Source: an uncultured virus (IMG/VR IMGVR_UViG_3300028797_000012)
Lineage: Duplodnaviria; Heunggongvirae; Uroviricota; Caudoviricetes
Virus record (IMG/VR): IMGVR_UViG_3300028797_000012
Reading direction: 5' to 3' (one strand)
Length of the DNA: 64,000 bases
A program made the position numbers and the translations under genes. Positions 1 through 9,304 of the stretch are shown here, in pieces (the first letter of the stretch is position 1; each line of letters starts with the position of its first letter). Below the pieces are notes generated by a model. The model was not told the origin of the DNA and did no database searches. It saw nothing but the letters and a program-made list of their open reading frames with translations.

Positions 1-210
1 AGGAAGAAACGCGGCGATGACGAGTCGTGGGTGGGGAAGTACTACTTTCCATCGCTCGAATACGCCGTCATGAAGGCAGCCGACCTTTTGAAGCGCAAGT
101 CGCCCAAGAACGCCAAGTCCATCGCCGAAGCGGTGGACGAGGTGCGGCGCATCGACACGCTGATGGTCATGTCGGTCAAGAAGGCGGTGGCCGAATGCGA
201 ACAGCGTTAA
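1..210 (+). CDS. Hypothetical protein, 5'-truncated by window edge
   Basis: Frame 1 is open from base 1 to TAA at 208-210 and overlaps the next start. Confidence 0.55.
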   Translation, partial: RKKRGDDESWVGKYYFPSLEYAVMKAADLLKRKSPKNAKSIAEAVDEVRRIDTLMVMSVKKAVAECEQR

Positions 211-380
211 AGGATGAAGCCGCCGCCAAGCGCATCTACGACCTCGAAGGAGAGGCCGCGCGGCTCAGGGCGTTCGGCATGGCGGCATGGGCCGAGCTGA
301 AGTTCCTCGGCCCCGAGCAGGTGTTCCTGTACGAGCGCCTGAAAGAGCTCGCCATCGGCGCGGGATTGGAGGACGAATGA
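195..380 (+). CDS. Hypothetical phage protein
   Basis: ATG 195; ATGA coupling to the next gene. Confidence 0.6.
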   Translation: MRTALKDEAAAKRIYDLEGEAARLRAFGMAAWAELKFLGPEQVFLYERLKELAIGAGLEDE

Positions 381-649
381 CCGCGAAAATCGAAGACGAC
401 AAGCAGCTCAACGAGCACATCGAGAAGCTGAAAAGGCTCAACGGCGAGCTTTGCGCCGAGGTCAACGAGCTCACTGCGAAGGTGGACAAGCTGAAGTCGC
501 TGGTGCTCGACATGCACGCAGAGCTCGTGAAGGACGTGACCTACGTCAACCCCGACGGCGAGAACGCGCTCGCGCCGTGGGCGCCCGAGTACCTAGCTCC
601 CTTCGAGGAGCGCATGAAGCGGCTCGGATTGGAGGTGGACGATGGCTAG
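377..649 (+). CDS. Coiled-coil hypothetical protein
   Basis: GGAGG RBS, heptad-like LNEHIEKLKRLNGEL. Confidence 0.7.
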   Translation: MTAKIEDDKQLNEHIEKLKRLNGELCAEVNELTAKVDKLKSLVLDMHAELVKDVTYVNPDGENALAPWAPEYLAPFEERMKRLGLEVDDG

Positions 650-857
650 GGCGAAGACGGCGCCCTGCAAGCTCTGCGGGTGCGACAAGGCGCGCGTCGT
701 CGAGATCGAGACGACATGGAACGACAAGGTGCACTACGTCGCGGTGTGCGACAACGAGAAGTGCCGCCTTAGCGTCGTTCCGGGGCTGTCGATGTGTTCC
801 GAGTCAGACGAGGACGCAATCGCCGACTGGAACGAGATGTTTGGGCAACCACTGTAG
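642..857 (+). CDS. Lar-like (restriction alleviation family) zinc-finger protein
   Basis: PCKLCG...VCDNEKC...EDAIADWN pattern. Confidence 0.65.
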   Translation: MARAKTAPCKLCGCDKARVVEIETTWNDKVHYVAVCDNEKCRLSVVPGLSMCSESDEDAIADWNEMFGQPL

Positions 858-867
858 GAGGTGGACC

Positions 868-1494
868 ATGAAGGTAGAGATCAAGGCGTGCACGCCCGAC
901 CCGCTGCGCGTCATCAGCGAAGCGGCTGGGACGTGTTACGGCAAGGACAACTACAGCGAGAACCGCGTGCGCAATTGCCTTAAATCCGGTCATACGAGCG
1001 TGTTCGAGCATGCTAGCGTGACGTTCAAGGTGAGCGGCATAAGCCGTGCGTGTTCCCATCAGCTCGTAAGGCACCGTCTCGCAAGCTACAGTCAGGAATC
1101 ACAGCGCTATTGCAAGATTGATACCGAGTCTGACGAGTGGTATGTGATACCCCCGTGGTTCGATGACGATTGCGAAGAAGAGTACATCCCGTCCAACAAG
1201 GGCGCTTTCATGTACGTCATGGAGCAATGCGCGATCGATTACCAGGAAGCGCTGAGTCGTGGATGCAAGCCAGAGGACGCGCGTTACCTGCTGCCAGAAG
1301 CAACCAAGACAACCATCGTCGTGACGATGAACGCGCGCGAGCTGTTCCACTTCCTCGACGTACGCAACACCCAGCAGGCGCAATGGGAAATACGCGACCT
1401 CGCGAAGGCGATGACCAGCGCCCTCCGCGCAGTGGACGGGTGGCGCGACCTTGTGGCGATCAGGGAGGAGGGCCGCGGATGGGCGAGTTCGTAG
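868..1494 (+). CDS. thyX: FAD-dependent thymidylate synthase
   Basis: GHTSVFEH, SRACSHQLVRHRLASYSQESQRY (RHRx7SxR motif), EDARYLLP, AQWEIR; AGGAGG RBS. Confidence 0.96.
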   Translation: MKVEIKACTPDPLRVISEAAGTCYGKDNYSENRVRNCLKSGHTSVFEHASVTFKVSGISRACSHQLVRHRLASYSQESQRYCKIDTESDEWYVIPPWFDDDCEEEYIPSNKGAFMYVMEQCAIDYQEALSRGCKPEDARYLLPEATKTTIVVTMNARELFHFLDVRNTQQAQWEIRDLAKAMTSALRAVDGWRDLVAIREEGRGWASS

Positions 1495-1790
1495 CGGGCC
1501 TCATCGGCCTGCTCATCGGCGTCAGCTCCATGGCGGTGCTTGCCGCGTCGCGCGACGATCCGCGCGAGTACGCCAAGTACGCATGGATGCTCGGCGCCCC
1601 TTGCTGGATGGTCGTCAACGGGGATTTCGAGAAGTTCCGCGTCGTGGCGGTCAGCCACAAGGGGGCCGTCGCGATCCGCGGGTGGGACGACGAGTCCGGC
1701 AAGCGCGCAAAGTGGGTTCCCGCAAAGTACGTCAAGGCCGGGTGCGTCGTGTTCGGAGATTGCCCGGAACTTGGGATAACGGTCTCGTGA
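1479..1790 (+). CDS. Hypothetical protein with N-terminal membrane anchor
   Basis: Hydrophobic FVAGLIGLLIGVSSMAVLAA; GGAGG RBS. Confidence 0.65.
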   Translation: MGEFVAGLIGLLIGVSSMAVLAASRDDPREYAKYAWMLGAPCWMVVNGDFEKFRVVAVSHKGAVAIRGWDDESGKRAKWVPAKYVKAGCVVFGDCPELGITVS

Positions 1791-1827
1791 CCAGGTATAA
1801 CAACACACTTGAAGAAAGGGTTGAAAG

Positions 1828-2217
1828 ATGAAAAAAGCAATCTTGCTAGCACTTGCGATAGCGCTGGCGTTGCCCGTGTTCGCATGGGCCGACGACTACG
1901 ACTACGACGAGTGGACAGGGGAGGAGTGGACCTACGCCGACGACGCGACCTGGGTCACGCCCGAGGAGTTCCAGGAGCTTGGCGTCGTCTACGCGGACGA
2001 CGGCACCTGGTTCACGTACTACAACGACGAGGACGCGCCCGAGGGCTTCGACGGCTACCTGGACGAGCAGGGCGTGTGGCGCGACTGGGACGGCTACATC
2101 GCGGTCGCCGCCGAGTGGTGGCAGCACGGCGAGCTGGTAGAGACGCCGCTCGGCTGGGGCCGCGTGTACGACATCTGCCCGAGCGGGGCGGTTGACGTGT
2201 GGACGTGTTGGGAGTGA
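1828..2217 (+). CDS. Secreted acidic protein with 3D-domain-like C-terminus
   Basis: Signal peptide MKKAILLALAIALALPVFAWA; C-terminal DGYIAVA...VETPLGWGRVYD...GAVDVW. Confidence 0.6.
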   Translation: MKKAILLALAIALALPVFAWADDYDYDEWTGEEWTYADDATWVTPEEFQELGVVYADDGTWFTYYNDEDAPEGFDGYLDEQGVWRDWDGYIAVAAEWWQHGELVETPLGWGRVYDICPSGAVDVWTCWE

Positions 2218-2222
2218 TTGCC

Positions 2223-2534
2223 ATGAGCGGATTGGAAGTCAGCCCGTGCATCTGCGGCGGGGCCGTCGTAATCAGGCAGGTTTGCGCCGACGAGTACCGA
2301 GTCGAATGCACGGTATGCGACAGGCGCACCAGCGCGCTACCGCTAGAGGAAGCGGTGGGCGCATGGAACGAAGAGCAAGGCAGGCAGGACACGTGGCCCG
2401 AACTGTTCGACGAGTTCAAGAACTACTTCTGCCGTGGATGGTGCAACTACTACGACTACCGCTGCGAGAGCGCGAGCGAATGCAGCGTATACGGCTACAG
2501 GAAGAGGGCCGAGAGATTGAGGGGAGGGGCTTAA
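2223..2534 (+). CDS. Lar-like zinc-finger protein
   Basis: PCICGG...VECTVC...EEAVGAWN. Confidence 0.6.
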   Translation: MSGLEVSPCICGGAVVIRQVCADEYRVECTVCDRRTSALPLEEAVGAWNEEQGRQDTWPELFDEFKNYFCRGWCNYYDYRCESASECSVYGYRKRAERLRGGA

Positions 2535-2535
2535 G

Positions 2536-3045
2536 ATGGCGGCGATTAACGCGCTCGCGACGCTGCGCAAGCTCGTGAAAGGCGTCGGCGAGCCAGACGA
2601 GCTGGGAATCAGCGCGCTGTATTTCACGCCGAGCGAGAAGGAGCTGTTCGTCGGGTTGGCCGACAGGATTCAGGCCGAGGTCGACGGGCGGTTCATGGAG
2701 CTGCCGACGGCGGCGGACGGAATCCCAATCCGCCCGAAGGAGGAGCTTTGGAACAAGGACACGGGCGAGCACGTGGAAGCCGAATATGTCTACGCCGTGA
2801 GCAACACACACGTTTACATCTGGGAGGAGAGACCAAACAAGGCGCATGGGATTTTCGGCAGCTACCCCGAACATTACGTTCACGCCAAGCCGCGCACCGT
2901 CGAGGACGTGCTGGCCGACCGTGCGAATGACGTGCTCGGCATGGTGGGGTCTGGCTTGTTTAGCCTCGAAACGGCATTGAATGACGCGTTCGGGGGTGAG
3001 TGCGCCGACGAGATACGCGAGCTGATGAAGGAGACAGAGGAGTGA
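2536..3045 (+). CDS. Hypothetical phage protein
   Basis: 169-aa ORF with RBS, tightly packed with neighbours. Confidence 0.7.
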   Translation: MAAINALATLRKLVKGVGEPDELGISALYFTPSEKELFVGLADRIQAEVDGRFMELPTAADGIPIRPKEELWNKDTGEHVEAEYVYAVSNTHVYIWEERPNKAHGIFGSYPEHYVHAKPRTVEDVLADRANDVLGMVGSGLFSLETALNDAFGGECADEIRELMKETEE

Positions 3046-3293
3046 ACAACCTACAGCACATCATCGCCAACGACACCCGCGCAGCGATGCATATGGCCGT
3101 GGAGCTTTGCGAGTCTGGAGACTTCGACAGCGTGACCGAGGCGTTCCGCTGGCTGATGCAGGAGCACGAGGAGCGGGTGGACTACCTCTGCGACATGTGC
3201 GCGAACGACTGCGACGAGCGGAAGGCCATCAAGGTGGGCCAGAGCGCGTACGACGTGTGCGAGCGCTGGAAGGAGGCCAGCGATGACCGATAG
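3042..3293 (+). CDS. Hypothetical Cys-containing protein
   Basis: GTGA overlap, GAGGAG RBS. Confidence 0.6.
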   Translation: MNNLQHIIANDTRAAMHMAVELCESGDFDSVTEAFRWLMQEHEERVDYLCDMCANDCDERKAIKVGQSAYDVCERWKEASDDR

Positions 3294-3453
3294 CAACGCG
3301 ACCGAGTTTGAAACAATCATCGAAGTGCTCGAAAAGCTCGCGTGGGCGGTAGCGTGGACGATGCCGAACGACCCGGCGAGCGTCAGAGCCTACCTGACGG
3401 AAGCGCTCGACGCAATCGCCAAGCTGAAGGAGATGGTGGCAGATGACCGATAG
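3283..3453 (+). CDS. Small hypothetical protein (MTDSNATE...)
   Basis: AAGGAGG RBS; 56 aa, below the ORF-track cutoff. Confidence 0.6.
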   Translation: MTDSNATEFETIIEVLEKLAWAVAWTMPNDPASVRAYLTEALDAIAKLKEMVADDR

Positions 3454-3724
3454 CAACGCGACCGAACGTGCGAAGTGCGATGAATGCGGAATTAAGAAGA
3501 TTTTCACCATGAGCCAGGAACGTCGTGCCGAGGCATCGAAGCTGGCGCGTGAGACGTTCAAGGAAGCCCGTAACCGCAGGATCGACATAGGCGAGCTTAT
3601 CAAGTGCCTAGCTAACGAATACGCGGCATCCGAGGCATCGTACGCCGAGATAGAGGCGTGCAAAGGCTCGTACGACGAGGGTTATGCCGAGGGGTTCGAA
3701 GACGGGAGGGGATGGTATGACTAG
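3443..3724 (+). CDS. Hypothetical protein (MTDSNATE...)
   Basis: Same 5' end as the preceding gene. Confidence 0.65.
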   Translation: MTDSNATERAKCDECGIKKIFTMSQERRAEASKLARETFKEARNRRIDIGELIKCLANEYAASEASYAEIEACKGSYDEGYAEGFEDGRGWYD

Positions 3725-4073
3725 CGCGACCGACGAGCTGCGCCGAATGCTGGACGAGTGCGGCGTGGAATACCGCTGTGGACTTCAAGGCGTTACGTTC
3801 GTCGGCGATTGGTGCTTTGTCGAATACGAGAACGGATTGCTTGCAGCAACGTGCGAACCCGTACTCACGCCCGAGCAGGCCATAGCCGCGACACTGGGGA
3901 GCGAACCGCCGAAGAAGTGCTCGACATGCCAGTACAGGTATTGCGTGGGGCAGAGGCCGTATCCGACGTTCGGCTACAGGTGCGGATTCGGCGACGGCAA
4001 GAAGCTATGCGGGAGCAACACGAGCGTCCTCGACCACATATGCTGCGAGCATTGGGAAAAGGAGCTGCGATGA
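3717..4073 (+). CDS. Hypothetical Cys-rich protein
   Basis: MTSATDE start; CxxC motifs. Confidence 0.65.
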   Translation: MTSATDELRRMLDECGVEYRCGLQGVTFVGDWCFVEYENGLLAATCEPVLTPEQAIAATLGSEPPKKCSTCQYRYCVGQRPYPTFGYRCGFGDGKKLCGSNTSVLDHICCEHWEKELR

Positions 4074-4273
4074 GCGACAACCGAACGACCGAACGTATCT
4101 ACATGACGGACGGTAAGCATGTCCGCAAACTCCACTATGGCGATGGGGCTACAGATGGATATGCATGGATTCGCGCACCGTGGAGGAAGGTTCGCAACTA
4201 CGCATCCTGCGGACTCATAGCACGTAGCAACTTGGCCGAGCGCATGAGGAAGAAAGGTTGGTGGTACGCATGA
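4070..4273 (+). CDS. Hypothetical protein (MSDNRTTE...)
   Basis: ATGA coupling, AAGGAG RBS. Confidence 0.6.
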   Translation: MSDNRTTERIYMTDGKHVRKLHYGDGATDGYAWIRAPWRKVRNYASCGLIARSNLAERMRKKGWWYA

Positions 4274-4755
4274 CCGACAACCGAACGACAGAGCTGCTGC
4301 CCTGCCCGTTCTGCGGTGGCGAAGCGGAGTTTCAGATGTTCGATAACGTATGCAACGTTGTTTGCTCTAATTGCCATATTGGGACGCGCTTCGAATCGCT
4401 GGACTTTCATGAGCAGGTAGTTGAAGCATGGAACACCCGCGCCGAGCTGGGAAGCGGCATGCTGACAGCCGAGCAGGCCATGGCGATAGCTGGGAAGCAC
4501 CAGCCTGATTACTGCTCAGACACGCATGTTTGCTTCGACTGGCAGGCAATCGCCGACGAGCTGAACGCCGCGACGCTGGGCGGCGGGACGTGTCACGATA
4601 AAGGCTATATCGAAGATGGCGAATGGTATTTCGGCTGCTCAAATTGCGGAGGCGAATTCGATTACTCAGACTTTGCTTGTGAATTCGCCAAAGGATGCCT
4701 GCTAGGAAGTCCTAAATTCTGCCCCAACTGCGGCGCAAAGGTGGTGAAGCGATGA
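4270..4755 (+). CDS. Lar-family N-terminus plus C-terminal zinc ribbon
   Basis: LLPCPFCGGEA...VVCSNC...VEAWNTRA; C-terminal CSNCG...FCPNCGAKV. Confidence 0.75.
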   Translation: MTDNRTTELLPCPFCGGEAEFQMFDNVCNVVCSNCHIGTRFESLDFHEQVVEAWNTRAELGSGMLTAEQAMAIAGKHQPDYCSDTHVCFDWQAIADELNAATLGGGTCHDKGYIEDGEWYFGCSNCGGEFDYSDFACEFAKGCLLGSPKFCPNCGAKVVKR

Positions 4756-4828
4756 ACCACTTTGAAATACTTGTTTTCATCGTTGGCTTGGTTGTTGGGT
4801 GGGTACTTGTCATGAAGGCGGTGAGGCG

Positions 4829-5059
4829 ATGAGCGATTACCCGAAAATCCGCGACCTCGACGGCGTGTACTTCCGCGTGGAGCGCGGTGGGAGGTACAAG
4901 GCCATCTGCTGGTCGGACTTGACCGACGAGGAGCGCGAGCAGATGGGCGATGGCATGCCGACCGAATGGTGGCGCAGCATGGCGCTCATCATGACGAGGC
5001 AGCTCAGGCACATCGGCGACGAGCTGGGCATCGTGTTCGAGAGCGACGAGGAGGACTGA
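4829..5059 (+). CDS. Hypothetical phage protein
   Basis: RDLDGVYFRVERGG..CWSDLT ORF with RBS. Confidence 0.7.
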   Translation: MSDYPKIRDLDGVYFRVERGGRYKAICWSDLTDEEREQMGDGMPTEWWRSMALIMTRQLRHIGDELGIVFESDEED

Positions 5060-5060
5060 C

Positions 5061-5739
5061 ATGGACAAAAGCTGTGAGAACTGTTTGCAGGCGCTCTACA
5101 TCGGCGAGGGGGATTACATCTGCGACGTGGACGGCTGCGAGCAGGAGCGCGGGCTGGTCATAAGCGACTGGATTTACGACGGCGAGATGCCGTGTCACGG
5201 CGAGGACTGGGAGGCGCTCTAGATGGGACTTGCGATCCTGACGCTGGTAGCGTTCATCGCGGGGTTCGTCATCACGGGATGGAGGTTGCGATGAGCCAAT
5301 GGTACGAGGTAACCGACTGGAAGACGTACGACACATTAGTGCCGACGACGAGTTACTTCGTGGCGTGTATGAAATGCGGCGAGGAGTTCCAGACGTGGAG
5401 CCTGTCGGAAGCCGCGAAGAACAATCCGACGTGCCCGGCGTGCGGCTATGCGGGAAAGGAGGCTGGCGAATGAGACACAAAATCGGACGCGCTTGCCTGA
5501 ACTGCGACCATTGGTTTCCGAACCCCGGTGAGAAGGAGCCGTACGATCTAATCACGTGCGGCTCCTGCCATCGCTACCCGCCGAGCGTCCCGATAGTGGC
5601 CGAGCGCGGCTTGTTCTATGAGGAGCACGAGCAGGGCAGCACGGCGGACCAGACGCTCATGGGCTTCCCCGAGACGTACGGCGACGAGTGGTGCGGCGAG
5701 TGGATGCCAGACGAGGAGACGGGGAAGGAGGAGCTATGA
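5061..5739 (+). CDS. Three small Cys/zinc-ribbon genes (5061-5222, 5291-5473, 5470-5739)
   Basis: Each has an RBS-like purine run and CxxC pairs. Confidence 0.6.
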
Positions 5740-6122
5740 ACAGGAGCTGTTCCGACTGCACGGAGCGGCGAGGCTACTACATGGACGCCGAGACCATCCG
5801 CAACCAGCAGGAGCGCATCAGGCAGCTCGAAGCCGAGCGGGACGACGCGGTTGCGGCCTACGACGCGCACATGGCTGCGCACGACGCATGGCACGAGGCC
5901 GAGGACGTCGAGTACACGCGCAACAGGTTCGCGGTGCTTGAGAAGGCCAAGAACGAGCGCATAGCCGAGCTTGAGAAGGCGTTAGCCGAGCGCGACGAGC
6001 TTATCCGCGACATGATGTACCTGCATTGCCCGAAGCCATGTGGAGAATGCGATGTTCCCCACGACGAAGAATTAGGCTGCGAGTTCATGGTCAGGGCGAT
6101 TGATATGGGGGTGGAGCTATGA
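5736..6122 (+). CDS. Coiled-coil protein with Cys-rich C-terminus
   Basis: ERDELIRDM...CEFM; paralogous to the next gene. Confidence 0.7.
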   Translation: MNRSCSDCTERRGYYMDAETIRNQQERIRQLEAERDDAVAAYDAHMAAHDAWHEAEDVEYTRNRFAVLEKAKNERIAELEKALAERDELIRDMMYLHCPKPCGECDVPHDEELGCEFMVRAIDMGVEL

Positions 6123-6319
6123 GCATAGTCGAGAAGAACTGGCTCGCGACGGAAATCAACAGCCTTGAAGCCGAGTTGGACAAGCGCGACGAGCTTATCC
6201 GCGACATGCTGCGCACGCGTTGCCCGAGCCATATGCACTGCGCCGACTGCGGGCACGAGCGCGACGAGGGCTGCGAGTTCATGACGCGGGCAATCGAGTT
6301 AGGGGTGGACGCATGGTAA
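6119..6319 (+). CDS. Paralogue of the preceding C-terminal domain
   Basis: KRDELIRDML...CEFMTRAIELGV. Confidence 0.7.
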   Translation: MSIVEKNWLATEINSLEAELDKRDELIRDMLRTRCPSHMHCADCGHERDEGCEFMTRAIELGVDAW

Positions 6320-7335
6320 TGCCGACGATCGAGTGGAACCACGTCATCCTGGCGCTGGTGGCCGCTCACTACGACAACGACGAGAAGCGGTTCAAGGACA
6401 ACGCGCGAGAGCTTGCGCGGCTCTACGACGAGGCAGGAAAGCCCGATCTCGCGGAGTACGTCATCGCGCAATACTGCCCCGAAGCCGCGTTCATTCCTAT
6501 GTAAGGAGGAAAAATGAGCAAGGAACCATGCAAATGCCCGCACTGCGGCGAGTTCTGGCACGTCATGAAGCGTCAAATTGATTACAAATGGGTGACGCAC
6601 ATGCCGCCGAAGTTCTGCCCGGGTTGCGGCGGCAAGATCGGGAAGAAGGTGGACTAATGAACAGGACGCAGGCAAAGCACCTGCTGGACGCGTATGCGGC
6701 AGCGTGCTCGATGTTCCCGCGAAAGGACGACGACGACGCGTTCGCGCTAGGCGACGTCTGCGACACGTTGCGCGACGTCATCGTCGATGCCATGTGCGAA
6801 ACGCGGTACTACCCGTACACCACGACGCCGATCGTGTCGACTCCGACCATAAAGCCGGAAAAGCCGTTCATCACATGGACTAACGAGGTGGACTGCAATG
6901 CCAAGCAATAAGGAGTTCCTCAACGCGCTCGCGAAGGACGACCCGGAGAAGCTCACGGAGTGGATGGACGCCGAGCATTCGGCAATCGACGTAGACGCCC
7001 TGATCGCCGAGAACGCCAAGCTGAAGGACAAGTTCGACCAGGCCGTCGAATCGTACCTTGACGCCAAGGAAGAGCGCGACGCATGGAAGGCCAAGTTCGA
7101 GGAGCTGGAAAAGGAGAACAACGCGCTGCTCGACGCCCATGCTGACGACGTGGAGCGGCTCGACGCCCTCGGCGAGGCCGAGGTGTTCGAGCTCCACGAG
7201 GAGATCGAGGAGCTTTACTCGCAGCTCGAAAACGCGCATGCGGCGCATTACGAGCTTCGCGAGAAGCTCGGGGCGGCATGTGACCACGCGCACGGCATCC
7301 TCGCGCTCATGGACCTTGAGAACACGGGGCCGTGA
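6313..7335 (+). CDS. Four small hypothetical genes (6313-6504, 6514-6657, 6657-6911, 6898-7335)
   Basis: Coupled ORFs with RBSs; the last is an acidic coiled coil. Confidence 0.6.
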
Positions 7336-7393
7336 GAGGTCTAGCGGCAAAGCGCGTGACGCTTGATCGATTATCACAGAGAAAGGAAGCTGA

Positions 7394-7828
7394 ATGGATT
7401 TGTACGCATACGTGCTGTCAAGTGACGAGCAGATTCACGGCTACGTGACCAAGCACTACGGCGATCCCCCGCGCCTTCGCGGAATCCGCCATATGAAGTT
7501 CGAGACCCCCGACCATTGCGAGGGAGACGGCGTTCAGGCGGAGATGTTCGCCCGTCATTGCGGCGAGGACGTCATCTACATCCACACGCGCTGCGGCTCC
7601 GCTCGCTGGGGAGACGACGACCCCGACGCGAACTACGTTTACTTCGGCGCCGACAACTGGGAGAAGGCCAACTCTGACACGTTCATCGAGTCGTGCAACG
7701 ACGAGTTTGACGGGACGTATCGCGACCACTACTTCAAGGCCGTGCCCGGGGAGGATTACGACGAGCTGTGCAAGCTGTTCGAGGAGATCGAGGCGAGCAA
7801 GAACGAGAAGGAGGGTTCTGGCGAGTAA
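7394..7828 (+). CDS. Hypothetical phage protein
   Basis: GAAAGGA RBS; YIHTRCG...DEFDGTYRDHYF. Confidence 0.75.
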   Translation: MDLYAYVLSSDEQIHGYVTKHYGDPPRLRGIRHMKFETPDHCEGDGVQAEMFARHCGEDVIYIHTRCGSARWGDDDPDANYVYFGADNWEKANSDTFIESCNDEFDGTYRDHYFKAVPGEDYDELCKLFEEIEASKNEKEGSGE

Positions 7829-7866
7829 AAAAATAAGCCCCGCTTCGCGCGGGGCTTTTTCTATTT
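7827..7866. terminator. Bidirectional intrinsic terminator
   Basis: A-tract, AAGCCCCGC/GCGGGGCTT stem, T-tract, between convergent genes. Confidence 0.85.
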
Positions 7867-8394
7867 GTCGAACTTCGCTATCTCCAAGCCTATCCTGTGC
7901 GGGACGCCGACCACGAGCGCGTTGCCCATGCAGAAGGCGCGATGGCCGTCTGACATCCCCTCGGTCCACCCCTTCGGAAACGTCTGTAGCATGTCCAGCT
8001 CGTCCGGGACCAGCCTGCGCAGCCGTCCGGAGCCTCCGCGCACGACATGCTTCATGCGGCTCGGCGAGCTTCCGCCCTCGGATGTGAGTATCGTCCGCGA
8101 CGGCTTGTCAAGCGGGTCGGGGAACGCCACGGGGCCCTCGGCGTACTTCTGCTCCGCGAAGATTCTCGACTCGGCAGCCCACCCGCGCTCGACGAGCCGC
8201 GCCTTTATCAGCGCGTTGAGTGTTATCGAGATGGACTTCTGGCGGTGCTCGCCGTGCTCCTTGAAATGCTCCACGATATCATCGTCGGAAATCGAGCGCA
8301 GCGCATCGTCTATCTCGGACCAATACGCGACGTACTCGCCTACGTTCATGGCGAGGTAGTCTCCGTGCCTGAAACCGTGCATCGTGAAATCCAT
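7861..8394 (-). pseudogene. Chimeric ORF: type II restriction endonuclease-like N-terminus fused to a C5 DNA methyltransferase C-terminus
   Basis: C-terminal FPDPLDKPSRTILTSEGG...RRLVPDELDMLQTFPKGWT...FCMGNALVV matches C5-MTase motifs IX-X; no motif I (FxGxG) or IV (PC). Confidence 0.7.
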
Positions 8395-8447
8395 GTGCAG
8401 AGTATCCCAGACCACGCGCGCGCAACGGTGGACATTTCCGTAAACGG

Positions 8448-8972
8448 CTACTTTCCCGCCTTGAGCATGGCGTAGAGCAGCTCTGCGGTTCCGTGCCGCC
8501 TGTCATGCCTGACCGCCTGGGCCTTTATTTTCGCGAGCTTCCAGTCGTCGGCATATGGCGACAAGGGCGTCGGGTCGTCGTATTCGCTGTATTTCATCTC
8601 GGCTGTGATTTGCCCGGAGCAAGCGGGGAGCGGGCAGTACACGGAGACATTGGCGGGCAAGTCTTTCTTGACCTTTTTGTACAGCTTCATGGGCATAACC
8701 AGGCAGTTCCAGTCTCCGACGAGGTTCAGTCCGTTCCCGCCCACGAGGTCTTGCATGCAACTCCTCACCTCATAGCACGTAAACGACCCGCCTTGCACTA
8801 TCGCCTCGCTCGTTCCGTCCACCTGCTCGGCGGTCTTGAAGCTCATGAAGTCCACGTGGCCGCCAGAGCCGTCGAGATTCCTGTACCTCACGTCCCTGAC
8901 CCAGAGGCAGCGGTACAGCACGTCTCGCACCAGCAGCTCCGATAGCAGCTTCGTGGTTTCGTCCCTGTCCAT
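8448..8972 (-). CDS. PD-(D/E)xK-like nuclease fold protein, possibly inactive
   Basis: HVDFMSF...CYEVRS..D...GNGLNLVGDWN; Arg where ExK would have Lys. Confidence 0.55.
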   Translation of the reverse strand: MDRDETTKLLSELLVRDVLYRCLWVRDVRYRNLDGSGGHVDFMSFKTAEQVDGTSEAIVQGGSFTCYEVRSCMQDLVGGNGLNLVGDWNCLVMPMKLYKKVKKDLPANVSVYCPLPACSGQITAEMKYSEYDDPTPLSPYADDWKLAKIKAQAVRHDRRHGTAELLYAMLKAGK

Positions 8973-9085
8973 ATGTTACTCCTTCCGATCTTCGTGTTAT
9001 CATTTCCATGTACCGAAAAACGTACAGTATTGTAATCTGGCGCGACACCGCGCCGTCAATCATGCCGGCATGCAAGGGGGGCAGC

Positions 9086-9304
9086 GTGGACAACGTGGAC
9101 AACTCCGAATCCCTGAAGAACCTCATACTCGCCATCGAGGTCGCCATCTTCGCCTTCGCGCTTTCCCTCTCGATCTCGCTCGGGCTGCTCGTCGGCCCCT
9201 GGCTCGGCTTCATGGTGTTCGCGGGCTTCGCCCTCGCGTTCGTCGCCGTGATGCTCCTGTCGTACTCCAGGAGCCTCAAGCAAGCGGACGGGGGCCAGTC
9301 ATAA
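9086..9304 (+). CDS. Small two-TM membrane protein
   Basis: Two hydrophobic stretches; GTG start after AAGGGGG. Confidence 0.6.
   Translation: MDNVDNSESLKNLILAIEVAIFAFALSLSISLGLLVGPWLGFMVFAGFALAFVAVMLLSYSRSLKQADGGQS

Noticed and set aside
7861..8415. Functional DNA cytosine methyltransferase
   Set aside because: SAM-binding and catalytic motifs I-VIII are absent
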